Origin: the human T2T-CHM13v2.0 reference genome, Homo sapiens
Reading direction: 5' to 3' (one strand)
Assembly: GCF_009914755.1 (NCBI RefSeq)
Contig: NC_060948.1
DNA length: 64,000 bases
Shown here: positions 18,749-38,105 of the stretch, piece after piece
Layout of the letters: each line of letters begins with the position of its first letter
Numbering within the stretch: position 1 is the first letter of the stretch
Program-made: the position numbers and the translations under genes
Notes under the pieces: generated by a model
The model's input: the letters and a program-made list of their open reading frames with translations, nothing else
Told to the model about the DNA's origin: nothing
Databases searched by the model: none

Positions 18749-20870
18749 AGATCCATATTTTTTAAATGAAAAAAAATTTCAAAGGTACTCTGCTTGGTAC
18801 AATAATCAAATGTATAAACTGAGGAATAAAACATAACCATGAAACCTACTTATAACTGCATATGGAAAATACAGAGGATAATTTTTTAAATAACATATTT
18901 TGAAAGCCTTAACTAGTAATTTGAAGAGTTGGCATTTGAAAGGCCAGTATGAATATACCTTCAAAGCAGCAACACAGGTTCCCCATGAGAAACAGCAAAC
19001 TCAGGGAAAATAAAACCACAAAGGTTCAAGCTCTTCTGACCTTTGAAAGACACAGCACAGACAGTGGTCCTTAGGACGAAGAGCAGGAGACCCCTAATTC
19101 CGTCACCATGGCGATAGGGCATAAACATTGCTGGGTGAGGGCACAATCCACATTGTGAGGTCCAACTGCTGCCAGGAAGACAGGAGTGCTTTTACATAGA
19201 CCGAAAGGTCATTGAAGGCTCAGAGTTTTGTTTCAAGAACTGAATCCCAAGCCCACACGTTATTAGGCTGCGCTTCTTAAAACAAGTTATGAGATGGGAA
19301 AAAGGGCACCCACAAACATACGTATACATTATGTATATAATAATATACAGTATCATATATATAATATATATAACCTATGTATAATATTGTTTTACATCCT
19401 GCATCTTATATTATATATATTGTCTAAAATATAATAATTGATAATATATAAGTTTTATATTTATACAATATGACATATAGTATATATTATAATTTAAGAC
19501 ATATATAATATATGTTATATATCATATATAGAATATATTATACGGTTAATATACGTATTAAATATAAATTATACATTATATGATATATAATATATCTGTT
19601 ATATATAATACCCATTATGCATAATATGTATATTATGTCTATGTTATATATAGTATAAAACAACATATAATAATATATAATTGTATATATAAAATGCGAC
19701 ATATAATATATATTATATTTTATGACATATGTAATATATATTATATATTATATATAATGCGTTGTATGTATAATACCTATATTAAATATATATTATATGA
19801 CTATGTTATTAATTACATGTCACATGTGTTATATATTATATATTTTACATAGAATATACCGGTTACATACAATATATACTATGTTACCTATAATGTATAA
19901 TTGATTATATGTAAAATAAAGAATGCAATATATTATGTATAATTTATAATATACAATATGTGGAATGTGATATATATAACATATAATATATGATATATGA
20001 TATACAGTATATGATATATAACATACAATATATGATACCTAGTATATATGGTATACAATATATATTTTATGATATGTATTCTATATGTTTTATATTCTGT
20101 TATATATAACTATTTGAAATTATATATAACTGTATAATATTTTATGTAAATATGTAATATAATATATATAACTATATAATATATTATATATAACTATATA
20201 TTATGTTATATATACTTTTATATCATAATTTACATAAAATGTCATAATAAAATATATATTATATTATTTCATATTACATAATATATATTACATATCACCC
20301 AATATAAGTAACATACATAATATTATAATATAGATTATATTATGTTATGTTAAATATCATATATATCATGTATCATATATTCTATAATATATATTATATA
20401 TTATATAATATGTATGTTGTCTATTATGTGATATATATAACTATATATTATTATATTATTATACATATAACTAGATAAACATGTAATTCTACATATTTTC
20501 ATTTATAATATATAGAATTATATAATCATATATAATTATTTATATTCTATAAAAAATTATATCATTATATAAATTATAATATAAAAAAATTATAATATGT
20601 ACTACAAATATATATATTATATATCATATATGATATAGTACCTTTGTTATATATCATAATACATATAAATGTGTATTATGCTATCTATAATTATATAATT
20701 TCATATATAAGATGTATAATATGTATTATATATTGTATATGTTATGTAATATATATAGTATATATAAGCTGACACAGGATAAATATTATATACTATGACA
20801 TATAAAATATATGAGGTTATATGTTACATATAAGGCATAGCACATAACATGTAATATATATCATATATAA

Positions 20871-21162
20871 TTTTTTTTTAGACAGAGTCTTGTCGTGTTG
20901 CACAGGGTGAAGTACAATGGCGCCATCTTTGCTCACTGCAACATCTGCCTCACGGGTCCAAGCGATTGTCCTCCCTCAACCTCTCAGGTAGCTGGGAGTA
21001 CACCACACAGGGACTACACCAGCTGCCACCATGCCTAGCTAATTTTTTGGATTTTTAGTAGTGACAGCGTTTCACTGTATTGGCCAGGATGGTCTTGATC
21101 TCTTCACCTTGTGATCCCCTTGCCTTGGCCTCCAAATTTGCTGGGATTACAGGCCTGAGCCA
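20871..21162 (-). mobile_element. Diverged Alu, copy 9 (subtype B)
   Basis: Antisense Alu with subtype B alleles. Confidence 0.95.
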
Positions 21163-23267
21163 AGATCCATATTTTTTAAATGAAAAAAAATTTCAAAGGT
21201 ACTCTGCTTGGTACAATAATCAAATGTATAAACTGAGGAATAAAACATAACCATGAAACCTACTTATAACTGCATATGGAAAATACAGAGGATAATTTTT
21301 TAAATAACATATTTTGAAAGCCTTAACTAGTAATTTGAAGAGCTGGCATTTGAAAGGCCAGTATGAATATACCTTCAAAGCAGCAACACAGGTTCCCCAT
21401 GAGAAACAGCAAACTCAGGGAAAATAAAACCACAAAAGTTCAAGCTCTTCTGACCTTTGAAAGACACAGCACAGACAGTGGTCCTTAGGACGAAGAGCAG
21501 GAGACCCCTAATTCCGTCACCATGGCGATAGGGCATAAACATTGCTGGGTGAGGGCACAATCCACATTGTGAGGTCCAACTGCTGCCAGGAAGACAGGAG
21601 TGCTTTTACATAGACCGAAAGGTCATTGAAGGCTCAGAGTTTTGTTTCAAGAACTGAATCCCAAGCCCACACGTTATTAGGCTGCGCTTCTTAAAACAAG
21701 TTATGAGATGGGAAAAAGGGCACCCACAAACAAACGTATACATTATGTATATAATAATATACAGTATCATATATAAAATATGTATAACCTATGTATAATA
21801 TTGTTTTACATCCTGCATCTTATATTATATATATTGTCTAAAATATAATAATTGATAATATATAAGTTTTATATTTATACAATATGACATATAGTATATA
21901 TTATACTTTATGACATATATAATATATGTTATATATCATATATAGAATATATTATACGGTTAATATACGTATTAAATATAAATTATACATTATATATATT
22001 ATATAAAATATATCTGTTATATATAATACCCATTATGCATAATATATATATTATGTCTATGTTATATATAGTATAAAACAACATATAATAATATATAATT
22101 GTATATATAAAATGCGACATATAATATATATTATATTTTATGACATATGTAATATATATTATATATTATATATAATACTTTGTATGTATAATACCTATAT
22201 AAAATATATATTATATGACTATGTTATTAATTACATGTCACATGTGTTATATATTATATATTTTACATAGAATATACCGGTTACATACAATATAAACTAT
22301 GTTACCTATAATGTATAATTTATTACATGTAAAATAAAGAATGGAATATATTATGTATAATTTATAATATGCCATATGTGGAATGTGATATATATAACAT
22401 ATAATATATGATATATGATATACAGTATATAATATATAACATACAATATATGATTCCTAATATATATGGTATACAATATATATTTTATGATATGTATTCT
22501 ATATGTTTTATATTCTGTTATATATAACTATTTGAAATTATATATAACTGTATAATATTTTATGTAAATATGTAATATAATATATATAACTATATAATAT
22601 ATTATATATAACTATATATTATGTTATATATACTTTTATAACATAATTTACATAAAATATCATAATATAATATATATTATATTATTTCATATTACATAAT
22701 ATATATTACATATCACCCAATATAACTAACATACATAATATTATAATATAGATTATATTGTGTTATATTAAATATCATATATATCATGTATCATATATTC
22801 TATAATATATATTACACATTATATAATATGTATGTTGTCTATTATGTGATATATATAACTCTATATATAATTATATTTTTATACATATAACTAGATAAAC
22901 ATGTAATTCTACATATTTTCATTTATAATATGTAGAATTATATAATCATATATAATTATTTATATTCTATAAAAAATTTTATCATTATATAAATTATAAT
23001 ATATAAAAATTATAATATGTACTACAAATATATATATTATATATCATATATGATATAGTACCTTTGTTATATATCATAATACATATAAATGTGTATTATG
23101 TTATCTATAATTATATAATTTCATATATAAGATGTATAATATGTATCATATATTATATATGTTATGTAATATATATAGTATATATAAGATGACACAGGAT
23201 AAATATTATATACTATGACATATAAAATATATGAGGTTATATGTTACATATAAGGCATAGCACATAA

Positions 23268-23582
<315 letters not shown>

Positions 23583-25686
23583 AGATCCATATTTTTTAAA
23601 TGAAAAAAAATTTCAAAGGTACTCTGCTTGGTACAATAATCAAATGTATAAACTGAGGAATAAAACATAACCATGAAACCTACTTATAACTGCATATGGA
23701 AAATACAGAGGATAATTTTTTAAATAACATATTTTGAAAGCCTTAACTAGTAATTTGAAGAGTTGGCATTTGAAAGGCCAGTATGAATATACCTTCAAAG
23801 CAGCAACACAGGTTCCCCATGAGAAAAAGCAAACACAGGGAAAATAAAAACACAAAGGTTCAATCTCTTCTGACCTTTGAAAGACACAGCACAGACAGTG
23901 GTCCTTAGGACGAAGAGCAGGAGACCCCTAATTCCGTCACCATGGCGATAGGGCATAAACATTGCTGGGTGAGGGCACAATCCACATTGAGAGGTCCAAC
24001 TGCTGCCAGGAAGACAGGAGTGCTTTTACATAGACCGAAAGGTCATTGAAGGCTCAGAGTTTTGTTTCAAGAACTGAATCCCTAGCCCACATGTTATTAG
24101 GCTGCGCTTCTTAAAACAAGTTATGAGATGGGAAAAAGGGCACCCACAAACATACGTATACATTATGTATATAATAATATACAGTATCATATATATAATA
24201 TATATAACCTATGTATAATATTGTTTTACATCCTGCATCTTATGTTATATATATTGTATAAAATATAATAATTGATAATATATAAGTTTTATATTTATAC
24301 AATATGACATATAGTATATATTATAATTTATGACATATATAATATATGTTATATATCATATATAGAATATATTATACGGTTAATATACGTATTAAATATA
24401 AATTATACATTATATATATTATATATAATATATCTGTTATATATAATACCCATTATGCATAATATATATATTATGTCTATGTTATATATAGTATAAAACA
24501 ACATATAATAATATATAATTGTATATATAAAATGCGACATATAATATATATTATATTTTATAACATATGTAATATATATTATATATTATATATAATACGT
24601 TGTATGTATAATACCTATATTAAATATATATTATATGACTATGTTATTAATTACATGTCACATGTGTTATATATTATATATTTTACATAGAATATACCGG
24701 TTACATACAATATATACTATGTTACTATAATGTATAATTTATTACATGTAAAATAAAGAATGCAATATATTATGTATAATTTATAATATACCATATGTGG
24801 AATGTGATATATATAACATATAATATATGATATATGATATACAGTATATGATATATAACATACAATATATGATTCCTAATATATATGGTATACAATATAT
24901 ATTTTATGATATGTATTCTATATGTTTTATATTCTGTTATATATAACTATTTGAAATTATATATAACTGTATAATATTTTATGTAAATATGTAATATAAT
25001 ATATATAACTATATAATATATTATATATAACTATATATTATGTTATATATACTTTTATAACATAATTTACATAAAATATCGTAACATAATATATATTATA
25101 TTATTTCATATTACATAATATATATTACATATCACCCAATATAACTAACATACATAATATTATAATATAGATTATATTATGTTATCTTAAATATCATATA
25201 TATCATGTATCATATATTCTATAATATATATTACACATTATATAATATGTATGTTGTCTATTATGTGATATATATAACTATATATATAATTATATTTTTA
25301 TACATATAACTAGATAAACATGTAATTCTACATATTTTCATTTATAATATGTAGAATTATATAATCATATATAATTATTTATATTCTATAAAAAATTTTA
25401 TCATTATATAAATTATAGTATATAAAAATTATAATATGTACTACAAATATATATATTATATATCATATATGCTATAGTACCTTTGTTATATATCATAATA
25501 CATATAAATGTGTATTATGTTATCTATAATTATATAATTTCATATATAAGTTGTATAATATGTATCATATATTATATATGTTATGTAATATATATAGTAT
25601 ATATAAGATGACACAGGATAAATATTATATACTATGACATATAAAATATATGAGGTTATATGTTACATATAAGGCATAGCACATAA

Positions 25687-26001
<315 letters not shown>

Positions 26002-28105
26002 AGATCCATATTCTTTAAATGAAAAAAAATTTCAAAGGTACTCTGCTTGGTACAATAATCAAATGTATAAACTGAGGAATAAAACATAACCATGAAACCT
26101 ACTTATAACTGCATATGGAAAATACAGAGGATAATTTTTTAAATAACATATTTTGAAAGCCTTAACTAGTAATTTGAAGAGCTGGCATTTGAAAGGCCAG
26201 TATGAATATACCTTCAAAGCAGCAACACAGGTTCCCCATGAGAAAAAGCAAACACAGGGAAAATAAAAACACAAAGGTTCAATCTCTTCTGACCTTTGAA
26301 AGACACAGCACAGACAGTGGTCCTTAGGACGAAGAGCAGGAGACCCCTAATTCCGTCACCATGGCGATAGGGCATAAACATTGCTGGGTGAGGGCACAAT
26401 CCACATTGTGAGGTCCAACTGCTGCCAGGAAGACAGGAGTGCTTTTACATAGACCGAAAGGTCATTGAAGGCTCAGAGTTTTGTTTCAAGAACTGAATCC
26501 CTAGCCCACATGTTATTAGGCTGCGCTTCTTAAAACAAGTTATGAGATGGGAAAAAGGGCACCCACAAACATACGTATACATTATGTATATAATAATATA
26601 CAGTATCATATATATAATATATATAACCTATGTATAATATTGTTTTACATCCTGCATCTTATGTTATATATATTGTATAAAATATAATAATTGATAATAT
26701 ATAAGTTTTATATTTATACAATATGACATATAGTATATATTATAATTTATGACATATATAATATATGTTATATATCATATATAGAATATATTATACGGTT
26801 AATATACGTATTAAATATAAATTATACATTATATATATTATATATAATATATCTGTTATATATAATACCCATTATGCATAATATATATATTATGTCTATG
26901 TTATATATAGTATAAAACAACATATAATAATATATAATTGTATATATAAAATGCGACATATAATATATATTATATTTTATAACATATGTAATATATATTA
27001 TATATTATATATAATACGTTGTATGTATAATACCTATATTAAATATATATTATATGACTATGTTATTAATTACATGTCACATGTGTTATATATTATATAT
27101 TTTACATAGAATATACCGGTTACATACAATATATACTATGTTACTATAATGTATAATTTATTACATGTAAAATAAAGAATGCAATATATTATGTATAATT
27201 TATAATATACCATATGTGGAATGTGATATATATAACATATAATATATGATATATGATATACAGTATATGATATATAACATACAATATATGATTCCTAATA
27301 TATATGGTATACAATATATATTTTATGATATGTATTCTATATGTTTTATATTCTGTTATATATAACTATTTGAAATTATATATAACTGTATAATATTTTA
27401 TGTAAATATGTAATATAATATATATAACTATATAATATATTATATATAACTATATATTATGTTATATATACTTTTATAACATAATTTACATAAAATATCG
27501 TAACATAATATATATTATATTATTTCATATTACATAATATATATTACATATCACCCAATATAACTAACATACATAATATTATAATATAGATTATATTATG
27601 TTATCTTAAATATCATATATATCATGTATCATATATTCTATAATATATATTACACATTATATAATATGTATGTTGTCTATTATGTGATATATATAACTAT
27701 ATATATAATTATATTTTTATACATATAACTAGATAAACATGTAATTCTACATATTTTCATTTATAATATGTAGAATTATATAATCATATATAATTATTTA
27801 TATTCTATAAAAAATTTTATCATTATATAAATTATAGTATATAAAAATTATAATATGTACTACAAATATATATATTATATATCATATATGCTATAGTACC
27901 TTTGTTATATATCATAATACATATAAATGTGTATTATGTTATCTATAATTATATAATTTCATATATAAGTTGTATAATATGTATCATATATTATATATGT
28001 TATGTAATATATATAGTATATATAAGATGACACAGGATAAATATTATATACTATGACATATAAAATATATGAGGTTATATGTTACATATAAGGCATAGCA
28101 CATAA

Positions 28106-28420
<315 letters not shown>

Positions 28421-30525
28421 AGATCCATATTCTTTAAATGAAAAAAAATTTCAAAGGTACTCTGCTTGGTACAATAATCAAATGTATAAACTGAGGAATA
28501 AAACATAACCATGAAACCTACTTATAACTGCATATGGAAAATACAGAGGATAATTTTTTAAATAACATATTTTGAAAGCCTTAACTAGTAATTTGAAGAG
28601 CTGGCATTTGAAAGGCCAGTATGAATATACCTTCAAAGCAGCAACACAGGTTCCCCATGAGAAAAAGCAAACACAGGGAAAATAAAAACACAAAGGTTCA
28701 ATCTCTTCTGACCTTTGAAAGACACAGCACAGACAGTGGTCCTTAGGACGAAGAGCAGGAGACCCCTAATTCCGTCACCATGGCGATAGGGCATAAACAT
28801 TGCTGGGTGAGGGCACAATCCACATTGTGAGGTCCAACTGCTGCCAGGAAGACAGGAGTGCTTTTACATAGACCGAAAGGTCATTGAAGGCTCAGAGTTT
28901 TGTTTCAAGAACTGAATCCCAAGCCCACACGTTATTAGGCTGCGCTTCTTTAAACAAGTTATGAGATGGGAAAAAGGGCACCCACAAACATACGTATACA
29001 TTATGTATATAATAATATACAGTATCATATATATAATATATATAACCTATGTATAATATTGTTTTACATCCTGCATCTTATGTTATATATATTGTATAAA
29101 ATATAATAATTGATAATATATAAGTTTTATAATTATACAATATGACATATAGTATATATTATAATTTATGACATATATAATATATGTTATATATCATATA
29201 TAGAATATATTATACGGTTAATATACGTATTAAATATAAATTATACATTATATATATTATATATAATATATCTGTTATATATAATACCCATTATGCATAA
29301 TATATATATTATGTCTATGTTATATATAGTATAAAACAACATATAATAATATATAATTGTATATATAAAATGCGACATATAATATATATTATATTTTATG
29401 ACATATGTAATATATATTATATATTATATATAATACGTTGTATGTATAATACCTATATTAAATATATATTATATGACTATGTTATAAATTACATGTCACA
29501 TGTGTTATATATTATTTATTTTACATAGAATATACCGGTTACATACAATATATACTATGTTACCTATAATGTATAATTTATTACATGTAAAATAAAGAAT
29601 GCAATATATTATGTATAATTTATAATGTACCATATGTGGAATGTGATATATATAACATATAATATATGATATATGATATACAGTATATGATATATAACAT
29701 ACAATATATGATTCCTAATATATATGGTATACAATATATATTTTATGATATGTATTCTGTATGTTTTATATTCTGTTATATATAACTATTTGAAATTATA
29801 TATAACTGTATAATATTTTATGTAAATATGTAATATAATATATATAACTATATAATATATTATATATAACTATATATTATATTATATATACTTTTATAAC
29901 ATAATTTACATAAAATATCATAATATAATATATATTATATTATTTCATATTACATAATACATATTACATATCACCCAATATAACTAACATACATAATATT
30001 ATAATATAGATTATATTATGTTATATTAAATATCATATATATCATGTATCATATATTCTATAATATATATTACACATTATATAATATGCATGTTGTCTAT
30101 TATGTGATATATATAACTATATATATAATTATATTTTTATACATATAACTAGATAAACATGTAATTCTACATATTTTCATTTATAATATGTAGAATTATA
30201 TAATCATATATAATTATTTATATTCTATAAAAAATTTTATCATTATATAAATTATAATATATAAAAATTATAATATGTACTACAAATATATATATTATAT
30301 ATCATATATGATATAGTACCTTTGTTATATATCATAATACATATAAATGTGTATTATGTTATCTATAATTATATAATTTCATATATAAGATGTATAATAT
30401 GTATCATATATTATATATGTTATGTAATATATATTGTATATATAAGATGACACAGGATAAATATTATATACTATGACATATAAAATATATGAGGTTATAT
30501 GTTACATATAAGGCATAGCACATAA

Positions 30526-30840
<315 letters not shown>

Positions 30841-32945
30841 AGATCCATATTTTTTAAATGAAAAAAAATTTCAAAGGTACTCTGCTTGGTACAATAATCA
30901 AATGTATAAACTGAGGAATAAAACATAACCATGAAACCTACTTATAACTGCATATGGAAAATACAGAGGATAATTTTTTAAATAACATATTTTGAAAGCC
31001 TTAACTAGTAATTTGAAGAGTTGGCATTTGAAAGGCCAGTATGAATATACCTTCAAAGCAGCAACACAGGTTCCCCATGAGAAAAAGCAAACACAGGGAA
31101 AATAAAAACACAAAGGTTCAATCTCTTCTGACCTTTGAAAGACACAGCACAGACAGTGGTCCTTAGGACGAAGAGCAGGAGACCCCTAATTCCGTCACCA
31201 TGGCGATAGGGCATAAACATTGCTGGGTGAGGGCACAATCCACATTGTGAGGTCCAACTGCTGCCAGGAAGACAGGAGTGCTTTTACATAGACCGAAAGG
31301 TCATTGAAGGCTCAGAGTTTTGTTTCAAGAACTGAATCCCAAGCCCACACGTTATTAGGCTGCGCTTCTTAAAACAAGTTATGAGATGGGAAAAAGGGCA
31401 CCCACAAACATACGTATACATTATGTATATAATAATATACAGTATCATATATATAATATATATAACCTATGTATAATATTGTTTTACATCCTGCATCTTA
31501 TGTTATATATATTGTATAAAATATAATAATTGATAATATATAAGTTTTATAATTATACAATATGACATATAGTATATATTATAATTTATGACATATATAA
31601 TATATGTTATATGTCATATATAGAATATATTATACGGTTAATATACGTATTAAATATAAATTATACATTCTATATATTATATATAATATATCTGTTATAT
31701 ATAATACCCATTATGCATAATATATATATTATGTCTATGTTATATATAGTATAAAACAACATATAATAATATATAATTGTATATATAAAATGCGACATAT
31801 AATATATATTATATTTTATAACATGTGAAATATATATTATATATTATATATAATACGTTGTATGTATAACACCTATATTAAATATATATTATATGACTAT
31901 GTTATTAATTACATGTCACATGTGTTATATATTATATATTTTACATAGAATATACCGGTTACATACAATATATACTATGTTACCTATAATGTATTATTTA
32001 TTACATGTAAAATAAAGAATGCAATATATTATGTATAATTTATAATATACCATATGTGGAATGTCATATATATAACATATAATATATGATATATGATATA
32101 CAGTATATGATATATAACATACAATATATGATTCCTAATACATATGGTATACAATATATATTTTATGATATGTATTCTATATGTTTTATATTCTGTTATA
32201 TATAACTATTTGAAATTATATATAACTGTATAATATTTTATGTAAATATGTAATATAATATATATAACTATATAATATATTATATATAACTATATATTAT
32301 GTTATATATACTTTTATAACATAATTTACATAAAATATCATAATATAATATATATTATATTATTTCATATTACATAATATATATTACATATCACCCAATA
32401 TAACTAACATACATAATATTATAATATAGATTATATTATGTTATATTAAATATCTTATATATCATGTATCATATATTCTATAATATATATTACACACTAT
32501 ATAATATGTATGTTGTCTATTATGTGATATATATAACTATATATATAATTATATTTTTATACATATAACTAGATAAACATGTAATTCTACATATTTTCAT
32601 TTATAATATGTAGAATTATATAATCATATATAATTATTTATATTCTATAAAAAATTTTATCATTCTATAAATTATAATATATAAAAATTATAATATGTAC
32701 TACAAATATATATATTATATATCATATATGATATAGTACCTTTGTTATATATCATAATACATATAAATGTGTATTATGTTATCTATAATTATATAATTTC
32801 ATATATAAGATGTATAATATGTATCATATGTTATATATGTTATGTAATATATATAGTATATATAAGATGACACAGGATAAATATTATATACTATGACATA
32901 TAAAATATATGAGGTTATATGTTACATATAAGGCATAGCACATAA

Positions 32946-33260
<315 letters not shown>

Positions 33261-35370
33261 AGATCCATATTTTTTAAATTAAAAAAAAATTTCAAAGGTA
33301 CTCTGCTTGGTACAATAATCAAATGTATAAACTGAGGAATAAAACATAACCATGAAACCTACTTATAACTGCATATGGAAAATACAGAGGATAATTTTTT
33401 AAATAACATATTTTGAAAGCCTTAACTAGTAATTTGAAGAGTTGGCATTTGAAAGGCCAGTATGAATATACCTTCAAAGCAGCAACACAGGTTCCCCATG
33501 AGAAAAAGCAAACACAGGGAAAATAAAAACACAAAGGTTCAATCTCTTCTGACCTTTGAAAGACACAGCACAGACAGTGGTCCTTAGGACGAAGAGCAGG
33601 AGACCCCTAATTCCGTCACCATGGCGATAGGGCATAAACATTGCTGGGTGAGGGCACAATCCACATTGTGAGGTCCAACTGCTGCCAGGAAGAGAGGAGT
33701 GCTTTTACATAGACCGAAAGGTCATTGAAGGCTCAGAGTTTTGTTTCAAGAACTGAATCCCAAGCCCACACGTTATTAGGCTGCGCTTCTTAAAACAAGT
33801 TATGAGATGGGAAAAAGGGCACCCACAAACATACGTATACATTATGTATATAATAATATACAGTATCATATATATAATATATATAACCTATGTATAATAT
33901 TGTTTTACATCCTGCATCTTATGTTATATATATTGTATAAAATATAATAATTGATAATATATAAGTTTTATAATTATACAATATGACATATAGTATATAT
34001 TATAATTTATGACATATATAATATATGTTATATATACATCATATGTAGAATATATTATACGGTTAATATACGAATTAAATATAAATTATACATTATATAT
34101 ATTATATATAATATATCTGTTATATATAATACCCATTATGCATAATATATATATTATGTCTATGTTATATATAGTATAAAACAACATATAATAATATATA
34201 ATTGTATATATAAAATGCGACATATAATATATATTATATTTTATAACATATGTAGTATATATTATATATTATATATAATACGTTGTATGTATAATACCTA
34301 TATTAAATATATATTATATGACTATGTTATTAATTACATGTCACATGTGTTATATATTATATATTTTACATAGAATATACCGGTAACATACAATATATAC
34401 TATGTTACCTATAATGTATAATTTATTACATGTAAAATAAAGAATGCAATATATTATGTATAATTTATAATATACCATATGTGGAATGTGATATATACAA
34501 CATATAATATATGATATATGATATACAGTATATGATATATAACATACAATATATGATTCCTAATATATATGGTATACAATATATATTTTATGATATGTAT
34601 TCTATATGTTTTATATTCTGTTATATATAAATATTTGAAATTATATATAACTGTATAATATTTTATGTAAATATGTAATATAATATATATAACTATATAA
34701 TATATTATATATAACTATATATTATGTTATATATACTTTTATAACATAATTTACATAAAATATCATAATATAATATATATTATATTATTTCATATTACAT
34801 AATATATATTACATATCACCCAATATAACTAACATACATAATATTATAATATAGATTATATTATGTTATATTAAATATCATATATATCATGTATCATATA
34901 TTCTATAATATATATTACACATTATATAATATGTATGTTGTCTATTATGTGATATATATAACTATATATATAATTATATTTTTATACATATAACCGGATA
35001 AACATGTAATTCTACATATTTTCATTTATAATATGTAGAATTATATAAGCATATATAATTTTTTATATTCTATAAAAAATTTTATCATTATATAAATTAT
35101 AATATATAAAAATTATAATATGTACTACAAATATATATATTATATATCATATATGATATAGTACCTTTGTTATATATCATAATACATATAAATGTGTATT
35201 ATGTTATCTATAATTATATAATTTCATATATAAGATGTATAATATGTATCATATATTATATATGTTATGTAATATATATAGTATATATAAGATGACACAG
35301 GATAAATATTATATACTATGACATATAAAATATATGAGGTTATATGTTACATATAAGGCATAGCACATAA

Positions 35371-35685
<315 letters not shown>

Positions 35686-37790
35686 AGATCCATATTTTTT
35701 AAATGAAAAAAAATTTCAAAGGTACTCTGCTTGGTACAATAATCAAATGTATAAACTGAGGAATAAAACATAACCATGAAACCTACTTATAACTGCATAT
35801 GGAAAATACAGAGGATAATTTTTTAAATAACATATTTTGAAAGCCTTAACTAGTAATTTGAAGAGTTGGCATTTGAAAGGCCAGTATGAATATACCTTCA
35901 AAGCAGCAACACAGGTTCCCCATGAGAAAAAGCAAACACAGGGAAAATAAAAACACAAAGGTTCAATCTCTTCTGACCTTTGAAAGACACAGCACAGACA
36001 GTGGTCCTTAGGACGAAGAGCAGGAGACCCCTAATTCCGTCACCATGGCGATAGGGCATAAACATTGCTGGGTGAGGGCACAATCCACATTGTGAGGTCC
36101 AACTGCTGCCAGGAAGACAGGAGTGCTTTTACATAGACCGAAAGGTCATTGAAGGCTCAGAGTTTTGTTTCAAGAACTGAATCCCAAGCCCACACGTTAT
36201 TAGGCTGCGCTTCTTAAAACAAGTTCTGAGATGGGAAAAAGGGCACCCACAAACATACGTATACATTATGTATATAATAATATACAGTATCATATATATA
36301 ATATATATAACCTATGTATAATATTGTTTTACATCCTGCATCTTATGTTATATATATTGTATAAAATATAATAATTGATAATATATAAGTTTTATAATTA
36401 TACAATATGACATATAGTATATATTATAATTTATGACATATATAATATATGTTATATATCATATATAGAATATATTATACGGTCAATATACGTATTAAAT
36501 ATAAATTATACATTATATATATTATATATAATATATCTGTTATATATAATACCCATTATGCATAATATATATATTATGTCTATGTTATATATAGTATAAA
36601 ACAACATATAATAATATATAATTGTATATATAAAATGCGACATATAATATATATTATATTTTATAACATATGTAGTATATATTATATATTATATATAATA
36701 CGTTGTATGTATAATACCTATATTAAATATATATTATATGACTATGTTATTAATTACATGTCACATGTGTTATATATTATATATTTTACATAGAATATAC
36801 CGGTAACATACAATATATACTATGTTACCTATAATGTATAATTTATTACATGTAAAATAAAGAATGCAATATATTATGTATAATTTATAATATACCATAT
36901 GTGGAATGTGATATATATAACATATAATATATGATATATGATATACAGTATATGATATATAACATACAATATATGATTCCTAATATATATGGTATACAAT
37001 ATATATTTTATGATATGTATTCTATATGTTTTATATTCTGTTATATATAAATATTTGAAATTATATATAACTGTATAATATTTTATGTAAATATGTAATA
37101 TAATATATATAACTATATAATATATTATATATAACTATATATTATGTTATATATACTTTTATAACATAATTTACATAAAATATCATAATATAATATATAT
37201 TATATTATTTCATATTACATAATATATATTACATATCACCCAATATAACTAACATACATAATATTATAATATAGATTATATTATGTTATATTAAATATCA
37301 TATATATCATGTATCATATATTCTATAATATATATTACACATTATATAATATGTATGTTGTCTATTATGTGATATATATAACTATATATATAATTATATT
37401 TTTATACATATAACCGGATAAACATGTAATTCTACATATTTTCATTTATAATATGTAGAATTATATAAGCATATATAATTTTTTATATTCTATAAAAAAT
37501 TTTATCATTATATAAATTATAATATATAAAAATTATAATATGTACTACAAATATATATATTATATATCATATATGATATAGTACCTTTGTTATATATCAT
37601 AATACATATAAATGTGTATTATGTTATCTATAATTATATAATTTCATATATAAGATGTATAATATGTATCATATATTATATATGTTATGTAATATATATA
37701 GTATATATAAGATGACACAGGATAAATATTATATACTATGACATATAAAATATATGAGGTTATATGTTACATATAAGGCATAGCACATAA

Positions 37791-38105
<315 letters not shown>

